This document shows, in pieces, positions 47,890 through 61,245 of a stretch of DNA of 64,000 nt. How positions within the stretch are numbered: the stretch's first letter is position 1; every line of letters starts with the position of its first letter. This DNA is from Podarcis filfolensis (taxonomy: Eukaryota). The stretch is taken from the NCBI GenBank assembly GCA_964270895.1, contig OZ185439.1; one strand, given 5' to 3'. A program made the position numbers and the translations under genes. The notes under the pieces were generated by a model. That model worked only from the letters and a program-made list of their open reading frames with translations. It had not been told where the DNA came from and did not search any database.

Positions 47890-48459
47890 GTAGTTTTATT
47901 TTGTACCAAGGCACCTATGCTGCTGCTTGTTTTGTTAAAATAGGGCAATGATTTCACAGTTTCATGATGTTTAAATAATTTTATTGTACACTGCTTTGCT
48001 ATTTTTTATGAGTTGGTGATTTATAAATATTCTGATTAAATGATTGATTACAATCTTAAGATGTTGCTACTTTGGACATAAGGTCCCAGAGTGGGATGCA
48101 ATCATAAGATTCTGGGGTGGGTTACAACAATAGATTACAACAAAGATACAAATAGATAAAACCATTACAATTATAAAACGCATACTGTTCAGTTCCATTT
48201 GCAATGGCTTTATAAGTTACACCATTTTAGGAATTCATTCAGTTCCACAATCGTGAGAAGCAGAGCAATAAAGTGCTGGGATTTCCATATGGAAATCTTA
48301 TTTTAATTCTTCATGAATCACATTTAATGATACAAGCATTAGAATAAGGACTGTCATAGTTACCTATTTAGGTCTCTTCTATATGTTCAGTGTAGTCATA
48401 AGCATTATCTAATCTTGTTTAAGCACAGTATTTATATTGGGGTGTTCATCTTGTTCTAG

Positions 48460-48634
48460 GCCAAAGCCTTTTATATTCAAGGGCGACCACAAATACCCAG
48501 TCTCAGACCCCGAAAGTCCTGTGGTAATCTTGTATGCTGAGATTGGCTCTGAGGAGATGTCTAGATTTCACAGACTACTTGTATCAAAAGTCAATGCTGG
48601 AGAAATCACTTACATTCTTAGGCATTACATCGCT
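48460..48634 (+). CDS. UGGT1: UGGT1 exon 6 (PKPFIFKGDHKYP...PVVILYAEIG...YILRHYIA)
   Basis: ctag|G ... GCT|gtaagt; 175 nt. Confidence 0.96.
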
Positions 48635-49351
48635 GTAAGTACTAAAACAATTTTAGGAAAGTCCACATGATTTCAAGTATTTTTCAGGAACAATATTTGT
48701 TATTTAAGTGCCACTTCAGGAATATTTTGCACTGAGTTCTAAAATCGTGTGTGTTTTTATATAAACCATATTGCCAGTTTTTGATTGCTTTCAATATTGC
48801 AACATTTGTGTGTTTTGAAAGAGGGTCTATCTTTTCTGATTATATTCAAAGATTTATTCCTCTGTTCGTACAAGACAACTGTGAAGCTGAATCTAGACTC
48901 ACTGTTTTAAAGATCTAGAAGCTGTTAGGTCTCAATTTGAAGAGGTAATAGATTCAGGATATTTCTGGTTACAGTTCTTTTTATAGTCTTACTGCCCCTT
49001 ATGACTTTTGTGGCAATGTGCAATGAAATTTGAGGTTCCAGATATGTAAATGCCAGCATGAGAAGCATTGCCAAGACAGCAGGAATCACTACAAGAGCTT
49101 GTTAGATGGAAGCTACATTTGTCATCCTCCTATCAGTTGGAGTTCTGAACTGGGCTGCAACTTTCTTATCACAGAGGACGGTGGGTGGGTGTTTATAGCT
49201 GAGCTGCAACACAGCTGGGCACTTGTTCCAAGTTTAAATCAGGATGGTCCAACTGCCTGTGATTATGGTCTGGCAAAGTTGGGAGAGATAAACCTAGCAA
49301 ATGTCTTGTTGTGCCCAGGTTACCTTGCTTTTACTCCTTTCTCTCTTGTAG

Positions 49352-49448
49352 AATCCAAGTAAAGAAAGAGTCTACCTGTCAGGCTATGGTGTGGAGCTGG
49401 CCATTAAAAGCACAGAATATAAGGCCAAGGATGATACCCAGGTGAAAG
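49352..49448 (+). CDS. UGGT1: UGGT1 exon 7 (NPSKERVYLSGYGVELAIKSTEYKAKDDTQVK)
   Basis: gtag|AAT ... G|gtgaat; 97 nt; hallmark LSGYGVELAIKSTEYKA.DD motif. Confidence 0.98.
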
Positions 49449-50697
49449 GTGAATTCCTACCTTAAGAGCAGTGATGGTTTCACCATGAACTGGCATATGT
49501 TCCAAAGTTGTTTTTAAAATTCTCTTCATATGCTCTCGCTGTTATTCTATTTAGAATTGAATCACTTTTTCAGGGTATATTAGCAATACGCTGCAGTAAT
49601 CTAAATCATTCGTATTTATTTATATACAACCTTTCCACAAGGAAATTCTGCTCAAAATGGCTTGTAACAAGCTAAATAACAATAAATGAAAACCCACTGA
49701 GTAGCAATCACTCTGGAATTGATTGCACGTTGACAGGAGCTGCTGAAGCTAGACTAGGCAACCTTTGGATTGATACTCTTAAGGACTGGAAGGTTCATGC
49801 ATATATTGATGTACTTTAGGATGAGGCAACTTGCCCAGGCAACCCATTAGCTTCCCTTGACGTGGCAGGATTGTGTAGGTTACTAGTTCAAGCTGGAGTG
49901 GGAAGCTTGTCTGGACTTGCTCTCTCCCTGGCTGTTAGCAATCTGTGTGCCCAATTTCCCCTCAGGACCCAGTTCCAGGGTCTTGCCTCACACTTCCTTT
50001 GTCATCTTCTGCTTTCCTTGCAAGGCTGCCTAACCTCTTACACACATGTTTAATTTCCTCCCACAGATCCTTTTTTTATGATAATAAGCTGTGGTGCATG
50101 AAAAGTAGCACATTTTCTAAATGAAGGAGAAGCTATTGCAATTTTTATCTGTGTTTTGTATATCCTACTTTGTGTTAATCCCTCCCTTCCACCAATTTGC
50201 TGGCTTCAAATGCTACTAGCATGGTGTTGGCTACTAAGTAAAAACATGCAGAGAAACATGCAGAGGCAGAATGAGGAGTGTCGTCATTGTTCTGTCCTTT
50301 TTTGTGCGACAAGCCACTTCTTTTGAAAAAAGTGTTTGATGTTTGCTCCCTCTGGAGCCAGAGTGAGGAGAGTCTCACTCTGAGACTCTTCACGGTGGCA
50401 GTGGAGAGCAGCACCAGATTATTCACTGGTTGACAGAAGTAGCAGCGTAAAACCCTCAGGGAATGAGTGGCAAGGAATGTCACTGTTCCCCCAGGGAATA
50501 CCCCCACTACACTTTGGTGCCTGTTGTAAGAAATTGCAGCAATTGTCTCCTTGTCTTAGAAACAAGATGTGCTTGCTGTTATGGCTGTCTGCAGTGCTAA
50601 TATTGTGTGCTGAAGGCTTGCAAAGCTTGTCAGACTCTTTATGACTGATCGTTTCCTAAATGGTATCATAACAAGGAGTTTTTTCTTGTTTCTATAG

Positions 50698-50776
50698 GTG
50701 CAGATGTGAATGCAACTGTAATAGGTGAAAATGACCCCATTGATGAAGTGCAGGGATTTCTATTTGGAAAACTGAG
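50698..50776 (+). CDS. UGGT1: UGGT1 exon 8 (ADVNATVIGENDPIDEVQGFLFGKL)
   Basis: atag|GT ... AG|gtacgt; 79 nt. Confidence 0.96.
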
Positions 50777-50869
50777 GTACGTCATGCCTTGACAAACATG
50801 TTCATTTTCCTTGGCTTTTTCACCTAAAGCATTCCAGAAACTGACTTGCAAGGGAATACATGAAGAACA

Positions 50870-51052
50870 TTGCAGGGAGGGGACTCCGTAATAGTGCACA
50901 TGTTTTGCTTGCGAAAGGTCCCAGGTTCAAACACGGCATCAGCAGGTGAGGATGGGAAGGACTTCTACCTGAAACCCTGGAGAGCTGCTGCCTGTCGGTG
51001 TTGGCAATCTTGAGTTAGATGGGCCAACTAAACTGTATACAGCAGCTTCCTC
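50870..51052 (+). mobile_element. Decayed tRNA-derived squamate SINE (Squam3-like)
   Basis: B-box-like aggtcccaggttcaaac followed by cctgaaaccctggagagctgctgcc...tagatgggccaa...gcagcttcc. Confidence 0.72.
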
Positions 51053-51140
51053 TGTTACTTTTAGCTGCATTTTCCGACTAAAGCCTACCTACAAAATATT
51101 AAGAAAAGGGACCCAAATCCACATCTATTAAGTGCAGTTG

Positions 51141-51308
51141 TGCTGGAAGGTAAACGGCGTTTCTGTGCGCTGCTCTGGTTCACCAGAAGCGGCTTAGTCA
51201 TGACCCGGAAGCTGTCTGCGGACAAACACCGGCTCCCTTGGCCTATAGAGCGAGATGAGCGCGCAACCCCAGAGTCGTCCGCTAATGGTCAGGGGTACCC
51301 TTACCTTT
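51141..51308 (+). mobile_element. Sauria SINE 3' fragment
   Basis: ggaaggtaaacggcgtttctgtgcgctgctctggttcaccagaagcggcttagtcatg...gagatgagcgcgcaaccccagagtc...ggtcaggggtaccctt-acctt. Confidence 0.9.
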
Positions 51309-51345
51309 AATAATATAGGTTTTCTTAATTCATTTTTTATTCCAG

Positions 51346-51446
51346 GCAGTTGCACCCCAGTTTGAAAGAAGAACTGAAAGAACTAAGAAAACATCTTGTT
51401 GAAAGCACCAATGAAATGGCACCCTTAAAAGTGTGGCAATTACAAG
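51346..51446 (+). CDS. UGGT1: UGGT1 exon 9 (QLHPSLKEELKELRKHLVESTNEMAPLKVWQLQ)
   Basis: ccag|G ... G|gtaagt; 101 nt. Confidence 0.96.
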
Positions 51447-52781
51447 GTAAGTAACCTCTCTCCTGCAAATCTGAAATGTGAACTTCAACTTCCTAGGAGC
51501 TCTTACGCTGCACTTAAGTTCTTATATACACACACTAAAATAAATTTATTATGACTTCGTTACGAAGTGCTCTTGTGTCAGCAGAAGCATCCATAAATGC
51601 AACCGTTCCTGGAACAGATACAAGCATGAAGACACTTTCCATCAGCACCACCCCAAGGCATTTTCCCTTTGTGCGAAGCATCAAATTGAATGCAGTTGCA
51701 TTTTTTACACGTCAACATATTTCAAAGCACAGGTTCCTTCTTCAGCAACCATCTTAAACTTTTGAATTACGTAGAATAGCTGAAGTAGTTTCCTCATGGT
51801 GCCAGATAGGTACAATATTTCTGCAAACTGCTTCAGCTCTTCTGCATACTTTGAAGAAGAAAACGTTGCTCCTAACAGCATTCACCTGGAGTTCCATCTT
51901 CTATGTCTTCAATCCAAAACCCCATTGTGCCTGGCTGGGATGGAATTTGATTAGATGAAGGTGCCCCTCTACCCACAGAGTGATGCCAGCATCAACTCCC
52001 AGCTCCTCATTCCACCTGGTGGTAGCTCATGGAAAGCCCCTAAATGGGGTGTTCTAGGGAAGCCCCATGACTGTCACTGCTGGATCCCAAGCAGACCCCA
52101 CTGCTGCCTTGTGATGTCTTCGAGCCAAATCAATGCACCAGCTCCAGGCTGCCACAGTGATTTGCCTGCCTCTTCTGCTGTGGCCAGCAGGAGCAAGAAG
52201 GCTGCCAAGGTGGTGATAACACAACCCTGCCACTGCCTGCCAAGTGCTTTGGATTGCTCTGTTAGTTGGCATTAAGCAAAGAAGTTCCTCCTTTTGCATT
52301 CTTCTTATTTCGGTGCCACCTTTTTTTTTTTTTTTGCCAGTTGCATTCTTCGCAGCTGCATTATAGTTACGGCTCATAGTTGCATTATAGATAGCTCAAG
52401 GTGACGAAAGAACACACTTGGGAGTAAACCCCATTGGATGCAGTGGCCTTTTCTTCTGAGTAAACCAGCGCGGTAAAATTCCTAAATCCTTCTGATTCAT
52501 TTCTAACTGGTGAATGTTTCTCGGCATTATATCCAGTTGTATGAATTGTGTACTCTGGTAAGAACAGGACATTGGTGGATGCGCTGGCTTGATCCAGGGA
52601 TGCCCTTACGCATGAACTCCACTTCAGCCATGTGAGCAGTTTCATCAAAGTGCGTGAGAGGAATAATTGGGTGTTTAAGAGCTTCAAGAGATTAGGCTGA
52701 TCTTGGCACCTAGCAGAGTTAAGCTTTACAACATTCCAGGTTTGAAGGACTGCCTTATGATTGAACTATTTTCAATTTTAG

Positions 52782-52881
52782 ATCTGAGCTTCCAAACTGC
52801 TGCTCGTATTCTGGCTGCTCCTACGGTGGATGCTTTGATGGTCATGAAAGATCTAAGTCAGAATTTTCCCACAAAGGCTAG
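52782..52881 (+). CDS. UGGT1: UGGT1 exon 10 (DLSFQTAARILAAPTVDALMVMKDLSQNFPTKA)
   Basis: ttag|AT ... AG|gtaact; 100 nt. Confidence 0.96.
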
Positions 52882-53932
52882 GTAACTGCTGCTGCTAAGC
52901 AAATGTAGATTATTGTGCTGTTTACTTTGGTGAAAGTGATCAAAGATCTCAGAGTAGATTGGGGATCCTGGTTGTTGAAACGGAAACAAACTACTTTGGC
53001 CCCCTTACTTGTGGGGAAATGGTTGCCCCAGTGTGGTCCATCCAGCTTCGACCAGCTAACTGATAGTTTGGCAACGAGCAATTGTGGAATTAGATCATTT
53101 TAAAAGGGAAGACTTGCTTTTCAACATCTCTGCTATAATTTTGCTCTTAATACCTTGAAAACTTTAGTATGAATTGGTAGTGAAATACCCCTTGCATATT
53201 TGAAAATATTAAATTTGGCCACCTTGGAAGTTCAATGAAAATGCAGGGTGTTTTTCTGATAAAGTAGAGACAATTTGACAGCAGAAAGGATTCACATATA
53301 CAGAAAGGCGCTGGAGGTGGAGAAAATGCCTGCGTTCAGCCAGGAATAAGAAAACCATTCATAATCAGTTTGCAAGGAACTGGGGCAGGAAAGACATAAC
53401 CGGGCAGCTATACAGCCAACAACAACCTACACTGGTCATATCTTCAGTGAGGGGGGCAGGCTATACCTGAAAAGTCAGTATTTCTGCATCATCAGTACTA
53501 CAGCATTTGTAATCTTAAGTGCATATTGGTGTTTTCTATTAAATTAGAGATGTTAAGTTCATAGTTGGCTCAGATTACCAATCTCTTTTAAGGGATAATA
53601 ACTTCCTCCTGGTATGTGTCCTTTTGGATTTAAAAGCTGAAAGCACTTAATTCTTGTGCAACCATTTTTGGCACAAATTTTGGCACAAACTGTAGAGTTT
53701 AATATGTGGAGTTCCCCCCCCCCAATTGATTGCACTAGATAGCTTAAATGAAATAGATTAATTGTTGTCCTTGCAGTTGCAATGTTTTCTATACTGTATG
53801 AATTCCAGTATCTGTTTACTTGTAACAATTGTATGCCCTAGTGGGACATGTTGAAGTGGAACAGATATAAAAACAAAAGAAGAGGTAGGACAGGCAATTA
53901 ATGATAACATGTGACTCTTTTGGTTTCTGTAG

Positions 53933-53993
53933 GGCAATAACAAAAACAGTTGTTTCTTCAGAACTCAGATCAGAAATTGAAGAGAACCAAAAG
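53933..53993 (+). CDS. UGGT1: UGGT1 exon 11 (AITKTVVSSELRSEIEENQK)
   Basis: gtag|G ... AAG|gtaatt; 61 nt. Confidence 0.96.
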
Positions 53994-54243
53994 GTAATTG
54001 TATGGAGCCTTATTGTATTGGAGCCTCTTGGCAAAATAGGGATTTGAACCTAGGTCTCCTGGGCTGACACTAGCCAGTAAGCCACACTGCCTCTCTGTAT
54101 TTAAAAAGTACATTTTATCGAGCTCTAAATACTTTGAAGTGCTGTTCTTCTTCCAGAATGTCCAGAATGTTTTGTTGGTTTCTGGTTGTACTGTAGTAGC
54201 TACAGCTTAGGGCAGAATTTGGAGGAAAGGTTCTTCATCATAA

Positions 54244-54372
54244 CATAGAACCATAGAATTGTAGAGTTGGAAGGGGCACCGAGGGTAATCTAAAGCATCT
54301 AGGACAGATGGCCGTCCAACCTCCACCTCCGGTGAAGAAGAGTTCACTACCTTCTGTGGGAGTTTGTTCCAG
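54244..54372 (-). mobile_element. CR1 LINE 3' end fragment (internally deleted)
   Basis: catagaaccatagaattgtagagttggaagggg...gacagatggccgtccaacctc...gaagaagagttcactacc. Confidence 0.7.
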
Positions 54373-56342
54373 TGAACCCTAACTATGAACCCTGTGCAAG
54401 GTTTGTATTCTACAAGCTCGGAAATTATGAGCCAAGTGGCTCTTAACTGGTTTTATCTGGATATTTCCCAGGGAATAGTCACAAGCAGTTACTCAAGGAA
54501 AACTTGGCCTTTTGGGTTTTGCCTTGCTTTTGAATAAGTCCCAGTGCGTGTCAAACTTGAAACTTAGTGGCTTCTGTGATGTGTTCTGGGGATGAAACAA
54601 ATAGAAACTTTAACAATTGGCACAGCAGGAGCAGTACAATTCCCTCAATTGACTTCTTTATCTCTGTTTAAGACTGAAATCACAGTGTATTTGAATCTGC
54701 TGCATAATATCTGTTTAACTTTCTCTATAAGGGAATAATGTATCTATCTGCATATCTATTTACTGTAAGAAATGTCAGGGTGAATGTGCAAAATATCAGG
54801 AATGCTGTCTTAACAAGCTCCCTGAAGAGTCCCATTCTAGAAAAGAATTACCTCAGAGGAACTGGGTTGTCACAGCAATTAGAAAAGAAACAATGGGGCA
54901 GAATGTTGTTCAGATATCAGAATACAAATACCACTTAACAGTTCAGCATAACAGGTTTTAACAGTGCAATCCCAGACATGTTTAACTAAAAGTAAGCCCC
55001 ACTAAATAAGTATAGGATTGCAACCTAGATTGCTCTAAATCTACATTGAGGACTGAACTTTGCAATTTACATGGCACAAAAAAAATGCTTATTAGTATTA
55101 TATATGAATCTCATTCTTGAGGGTAGGTTGGTTGAAGTGAGAGAAGTAACTTTGGTAAGATTATTTTTCTTTGTTTGATTTAGCCCCCAGAGGTGACCTC
55201 TGACAGCTTTGTGCGCACATTTTGATTTCATCTGAGTGCAAATGATGGCCACTGATAGTGGCCTTTATATTTTTTGCTTATGGTACACAAACTTTATTCC
55301 TTTTACATCCCTTTTACATCAGTCTCTGTTATACTTTCAGCTAGTAAGCTGCCATCCCCATATCATATATCAGCCATATATCATAAGTACCTCAATATTC
55401 TTTAAAATGGCTAACATGATTCTAGAGTATGATAAAACCACTTCGTTAAATTTATTTATCGGTCAAGTGTGTAGGCAGATTGCTTGAGGACAAGTAAATA
55501 GTTGATCCATTTTACTTCCCCATGTCTACATAGAATTTTGGATGCTATAAAGAAGAGCAGTAATTGAAATGGGAGCACAGCTTGTAATTGCTCCACATCA
55601 TCAAAGAATGGGCAGTCAGCAGGCCTTATTTAGCATGCAATCCAAACCCCTGGTGGTTGGCAGCAGGGCTTAACAGGTGCTACAATAGCATCTGGAGTCT
55701 CTCTGCTTGTGCCTGGCAGGGTGCAAGGTGTGATGGGTAGGAAAATATTTTAGTTCAGTGGCACCAGCTCCAGGTTGATGCAACAGAGAGGACTGGATTA
55801 ACTTGGAGGTACTTAGAAGCCAATGAATACAGGCAGCAACCATTTTGCACATGTCCACCAATGTGTGGGTCCTTTTGGATTTGGAACAGGGCAGAATGGG
55901 GGCGGGTTGGGTTTATGTGCACTCCACTGAGGTGCACAGGGGCCAGGAATGGAACCCCTGTGCAAAATGGTCGTCACCTGTACTTGGCTGCTCCAGTTCA
56001 GTTGAAAGTTCATTGGTAGGTGAGCCCTGCTAATGGCAGAGCATGAACACAGGTAAAGGGAAAGCTCCTCCTCCAGACTCCTTCCTGTGTGGTGGATCAG
56101 GGGTTTGGATCGCTCTGTTAATACCTCATCATTCTATTTTTATCGTAAGATAATTCACACTTTGTGCTGCATTAGATTAATACAGATAGCTGATTTGCTA
56201 TCCAGGCAGGACCAACTGAATTTCCATTTCTGGGATCAGTTAATATTTTAAATCTTTGAAAAGATTTGATCTTAAGTTATGTATTCTTCAAGTCTAGTAT
56301 TTTAAAAAGTCTATTAATGTCTTTGTTGCACTTTTTCCTCAG

Positions 56343-56434
56343 TACTTCAAAGGAACCTTAGGTTTGCAATCTGGGGATTCTGCCCTGTTCATCAATGGGC
56401 TGCACATAGATCTAGACACACAGGACATATTTAG
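56343..56434 (+). CDS. UGGT1: UGGT1 exon 12 (YFKGTLGLQSGDSALFINGLHIDLDTQDIF)
   Basis: tcag|TAC ... AG|gtacga; 92 nt. Confidence 0.96.
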
Positions 56435-56547
56435 GTACGAACTCTTCAAATTCTTCTTAATTTAGGTTACAGTATAGCAATATAAAATGCTACAGTATTA
56501 TCAGCTGGTGGCATTCTAAAGTTTTATCTGATCTGTGCTCTTTCTAG

Positions 56548-56698
56548 TTTGTTTGATGTCCTGAGGAACGAAGCTCGTGTTATGGAAGGGCTGCATAGTT
56601 TGGGAATTGTTGGCCTTTCCATGCACAATGTGTTAAAGCTGAACATCCAGCCATCGGACTCTGACTATGCTGTAGATATCAGAAGTCCTGCTATTTCA
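56548..56698 (+). CDS. UGGT1: UGGT1 exon 13 (LFDVLRNEARVMEGLH...LKLNIQPSDSDYAVDIRSPAIS)
   Basis: ctag|T ... TCA|gtgagt; 151 nt. Confidence 0.96.
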
Positions 56699-56953
56699 GT
56701 GAGTATGTGGGGTGAGATTTCCATCGATCAGTAAAAAAAATCATTCACAGTATGTTACATATCCTGGCACACTTGTGTAAATTCTTTGAGGCAAGTCTTG
56801 AACCTTATTTTAGTTCAACATACAAATCCATACAGTTCAGTTACTTCCACTGCAATTGAATCGCTAAATAGTGGCCCTAAATTGAAATAAGTTCTAATTG
56901 TCCAAGCAACAAATATTTTTAATTTATTTTGTTTGACTTTCTTTTCTTTTTAG

Positions 56954-57073
56954 TGGATCAATAATCTTGAAGTTGACAGCAGATACAATTCTTGGCCTTC
57001 CAGTGTCCAGGAGCTGCTGCGCCCTACTTTCCCTGGTGTAATCAGACAAATAAGGAAAAACTTCCATAATTTT
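56954..57073 (+). CDS. UGGT1: UGGT1 exon 14 (WINNLEVDSRYNSWPSSVQELLRPTFPGVIRQIRKNFHNF)
   Basis: ttag|TGG ... TTT|gtaagt; 120 nt. Confidence 0.97.
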
Positions 57074-57362
57074 GTAAGTGGTTTGGTCTATGAACTTCAC
57101 TCTAAGATTTCAAGAGTTGGGCAACTTAAGATTTTATTTGTATGCAATGTTTTAATTAATTTCTATGGTAAGTTTTCCACTAAAATTAAGACAATCCTAT
57201 ATATTTAGCTTAGTATATCTGTTCCAATATAAAAAAACCCATACAAATAAGAATCCATAGAGAGATCTAAAACATATTTAAAATTAAAATTGTGAAACAT
57301 GGTTCTCATCCTTCTGAAGTGATGTAATGGCATCTGAATCCTTACTTTGCTATGACTTTCAG

Positions 57363-57448
57363 GTACTCATCGTAGACCCGTCCCATGAGAGCTCGGCAGA
57401 GTTGCTTAGCGTGGCTGAAATGTTCCTTAGTAACCACATACCATTGAG
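57363..57448 (+). CDS. UGGT1: UGGT1 exon 15 (VLIVDPSHESSAELLSVAEMFLSNHIPL)
   Basis: tcag|GTA ... AG|gtaatg; 86 nt. Confidence 0.96.
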
Positions 57449-58204
57449 GTAATGCTGCAGTTTCTATGGGTGTGGAACTTACAATTTTATTTTTGAAGCT
57501 GAGTAATGTCCACAGCTGATCACCTTTCCAAACCTATGAAAAGTACATATTTGGCATGATGGGAGTTTTTCTTGAGCAACTGTGCATCTCCACTACCTAT
57601 TATACCTAACTGTATGAGAGAGGAGCCTTTTGGGTCTGATCACATATGGGAGGTATCTGGAGGTCCTGGTTTGTACCAAGTGGCTGTGGGAAATCTGATA
57701 TGGGGCACATGCTTATGCCTATAATGTGAGTTTTGCACACATGTGAAATACCACAGACATGGAGGAATGATGCAGATGTAACATTATATGGCTGTGTACC
57801 ACAATGCCTCCTCCTCCTCATGGATGACTTCTCCACACCAGCCAGATTCATGGCTCAGTCCATGTCTGCACCAATGTCAGCCATTGTTAATGTTAACCAG
57901 GTCTGGCTCCTAACTCGGGATTTGAAACCAGAGCTTGGTGTTAGTTCCATTGTCTGGTTAGGATTGAACCCTGGTTAGCATTAACCTTGGTTAGTTGTGC
58001 ATCAAGAAAGGAAGGGGTTGCAGGGGAAAGAGTACAATCCGACAGCTCATTCCTACATCCCTTCAACCACTGATAAAGGATTGGTAGTATTTAGTGGTGG
58101 TCACTGTCACTCGTGTTCACAAACCTAAACATTTCCGTTACAGATGCTGTGCTTTTGAATATCTGATTTGGATTTTAGTCTGTTTTCTTTTGTTTCGTTA
58201 ATAG

Positions 58205-58340
58205 GATTGGACTGGTTTTTGTGGTTAATGACTCTGAAGATGTTGATGGTTTACAAGATGCTGGGGTCGCCCTCCTTCGAGCCTACAATTATGTTGCGCA
58301 AGAAGTTGATAATAATTTTGCCTTCCAGACGGTTATATCT
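58205..58340 (+). CDS. UGGT1: UGGT1 exon 16 (IGLVFVVNDSEDVDGLQDAGVALLRAYNYVAQEVDNNFAFQTVIS)
   Basis: atag|G ... TCT|gtgagt; 136 nt. Confidence 0.96.
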
Positions 58341-59646
58341 GTGAGTGTTTTGGAGAGAATTAATGCAGCTGTATTTCTTTATGTCAGCCTTGAGGCTGTT
58401 GCAACAAGAAGAGACACTTCTTGTTGCAGCAGTTTGCCTTTTCAGAATATTTGGGTTAATGATTATGAAAGTGGTAATGTACTTGCTGTCAGTAATATGA
58501 GGGCAGGTTCTGTTGTGAGTTCTTGACCATCTCTTTCCTGGAAGGATAACTTTTCTTGCCAAAGCCACTTTTCTCCCACTGCACTGTTCTCCAAGTTAAG
58601 CTGTAAAATTGAAGTTACATGTGCTCCCTCTTGTGCATTCCTGATGTAAATGTAATAGAAAGGTAAGGTGAGGAACGATCTGGTACACTGTTGTGCATTT
58701 TCACATCTTCTCCTTATCCTGTAACTATAGTGATGGCAGCATGGGATTGGAAGATAGGGGGGCAGAATATAAATCATCCTAGGCACCACAATGAGGGTTT
58801 TAATGCTGCCCTTCCCTTGCTCCTGTCTCCACCCTGGTCCCTCTACCTTATTGCTGATGAACCTGTGCAATTGAGAGCTTGTTGTCACAGTCATACTTGT
58901 CTCTTGGCCAAGGCTTGTATGTGTTTGGGGGGGGGGTAAGAGTGGATTCCTCCATCCTTCCTGCCCTACATTGTGTGCCATGTGCTGTCTTCCCTTTCCT
59001 GTTGTCCCTGCAGTTTGATTTTAGCCTTCAACTCGCTCTTAACAAAGTTGGTTCATAATGGTGATCGGCCTTTTTTAGAGGCTCATCCATGCCACCATCA
59101 GTAATTTACTTCCCCTCATGACATTCTGCTGGGCACTTAAACATCTTGGGAAAATAAAGATATTGGGAGAACTCATGAGAAACTTTTCACTGTAAGAACT
59201 TGTAAAATAGATAACCAAAGCAGCTTGTAATGCATGCATGCATACAGCCATCTATCTGTCTGTACTGTATGATATGTATAATTATTTTCCTGCAGACATC
59301 AGCTTTGCAGGTCTAGCCTACACCAAGTGTTGGGCTGTAGTTGCTCTATAAAACACTGCACATGAGCAAAAAATGAGGCTGCTACTTTTGTCACTTTTGT
59401 TTACCTTAGGCCTGGGGATGATGGGACAAAAAGACTAAGCCAAACACTTCATGGATAATGTGGGTTTTGAAACTGGGTTAGTAGAAAGAGAGAAGAGGCA
59501 CTGCTGAGGTCTTCCTGGAGGGAGTTTGATACATAAGGGCAGGCAAAGCGAAATTGAGAGAGCAGCTGATTTATTGATGATCCTCTGAAGTGTAAGGAGA
59601 AGAGGTAATGTTTTTAACTGTGCATGTGTCAATGTTTTCTTGACAG

Positions 59647-59778
59647 ATATACAACAAAGTAAATACAGGAGAAAAACTCAAGGTGGAGCATGTGGTTAGT
59701 GTTCTTGAGAAGCAGTATCCTTATGTAGAAGTGAACAGCATCTTAGGAGTTGATTCTGCTTATGATCACAATAGGAAG
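59647..59778 (+). CDS. UGGT1: UGGT1 exon 17 (IYNKVNTGEKLKVEHVVSVLEKQYPYVEVNSILGVDSAYDHNRK)
   Basis: acag|ATA ... AAG|gtaagg; 132 nt. Confidence 0.96.
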
Positions 59779-60031
59779 GTAAGGCGTTCATGTGTCTGGC
59801 TTATCCGATTTCAAACCCCATAACTCTTTTTGTGGAATAAAATTTCTGCCAAACTATTCATTGGAGTGATCAGAGGTGCCAACAGGATTTTCTGGGCCAG
59901 TTACAGCAGTATTTACCCCACATAACCTGCTTTCGCATTGGTTGTTTTGGAAATATGGACTATGTTGCAATAGATAAAGTCAGTAGAGGCAGAAAGAAAA
60001 AAATCTTATTTGTATCTTTTGTACATTTCAG

Positions 60032-60196
60032 GAAGGACGTGGCTATTATGAACAGACAGGTGTGGGGCCCTTACCTATTGTGCTTTTCAACGGAATGCCC
60101 CTTCAAAAGGAACAACTAGATCCCGATGAACTAGAAACTGTGACAATGCATAAAATACTAGAAACCACCAGCTTTTTCCAGAGGGCTGTGTATTTG
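60032..60196 (+). CDS. UGGT1: UGGT1 exon 18 (EGRGYYEQTGVGPLPIVLFNGMP...ILETTSFFQRAVYL)
   Basis: tcag|GAA ... TTG|gtaagc; 165 nt. Confidence 0.97.
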
Positions 60197-60622
60197 GTAA
60201 GCCATGTTGCTTGTAGTCTGGGATTTCAAAGACCTCTTCGGTGCTTAAAGATGATGGCTAAGATTCAAAGAGCTGTGCAGCTAGTTTTGTGCTTCTAAGC
60301 AGGCTGTAGGTTTACCTTTCCCATATGGCAGCCCCTCATTGCCACAGAGGAACCTACTATGTCACAGTTCTGCTGTTCCAAGAATTGTAAAAATCCAAAG
60401 GGTTGCACATAAGAAGCAATTTAACATCTTGCAAAATATTGAGATGCTACTGTGTCTTTAAATGACCTCTTTGAAGGGGAGGTTCTGAGAGAACAAGGAA
60501 TAAAACTAAAATTTTAAAAAATGATTTGACTTCTCAATATTATTCTGATTTTCAGACCAGTTCCAAAACATGCTTTTTGTTTGTTTGAGGGTATTAGATC
60601 TGATTTTTTCTTTCTTTTTCAG

Positions 60623-60743
60623 GGTGAATTATCAAATGATCAAGATGTGGTTGAATATATCATGAACCAGCCTAATGTTGTGCCAAGAATCAACTCACGG
60701 ATCTTGATGTCTGACAGAGAGTACCTAGATTTAACCGCAACTA
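60623..60743 (+). CDS. UGGT1: UGGT1 exon 19 (GELSNDQDVVEYIMNQPNVVPRINSRILMSDREYLDLTAT)
   Basis: tcag|GGT ... A|gtaagg; 121 nt. Confidence 0.96.
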
Positions 60744-61110
60744 GTAAGGCACACTTGCTGTTGAATCCATACAAAATTCTAATAACAACAACAATAACTT
60801 GTTAGTGGACAATAAGATCTGATTTGGACACTAGTTTGTACTCCCCCCATTTCTGGCATGGCCACAAGCTGTTCAGAAATACCCACTTCCATGTTAAACT
60901 AAGTGTGCAGTTTGTTGTTTTGTCCAAACTTGGACAAACTGCAGTTAGTTTAGACTGTGGTTGGTCAAGACAAATAAAAAATACAATTATTCTAATCTTA
61001 AAACAGAAGCAAATAAATGTTTCCAGTCTCCTCCTCATGGATGTGGCAGAGTAGGAGGGGAGACGCAGGAATTCACTAGCTGAAGCCTCCTGCAGACAAC
61101 ACTGTATTCA

Positions 61111-61245
61111 NNNNNNNNNNNNNNNNNNNNNNNNNNNNNNNNNNNNNNNNNNNNNNNNNNNNNNNNNNNNNNNNNNNNNNNNNNNNNNNNNNNNNNNNNN
61201 NNNNNNNNNNNNNNNNNNNNNNNNNNNNNNNNNNNNNNNNNNNNN
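61111..61245. other. Assembly gap (135 N) in UGGT1 intron 19
   Basis: Run of N; it abuts the 3' end of the L2 fragment and may hide its tail. Confidence 0.99.

Noticed and set aside
59715-59722. U12-type donor-like GTATCCTT
   Set aside because: It lies inside UGGT1 exon 17 (codons Q-Y-P-Y) and the exon is fully explained by U2 sites; no U12 branch point was seen.
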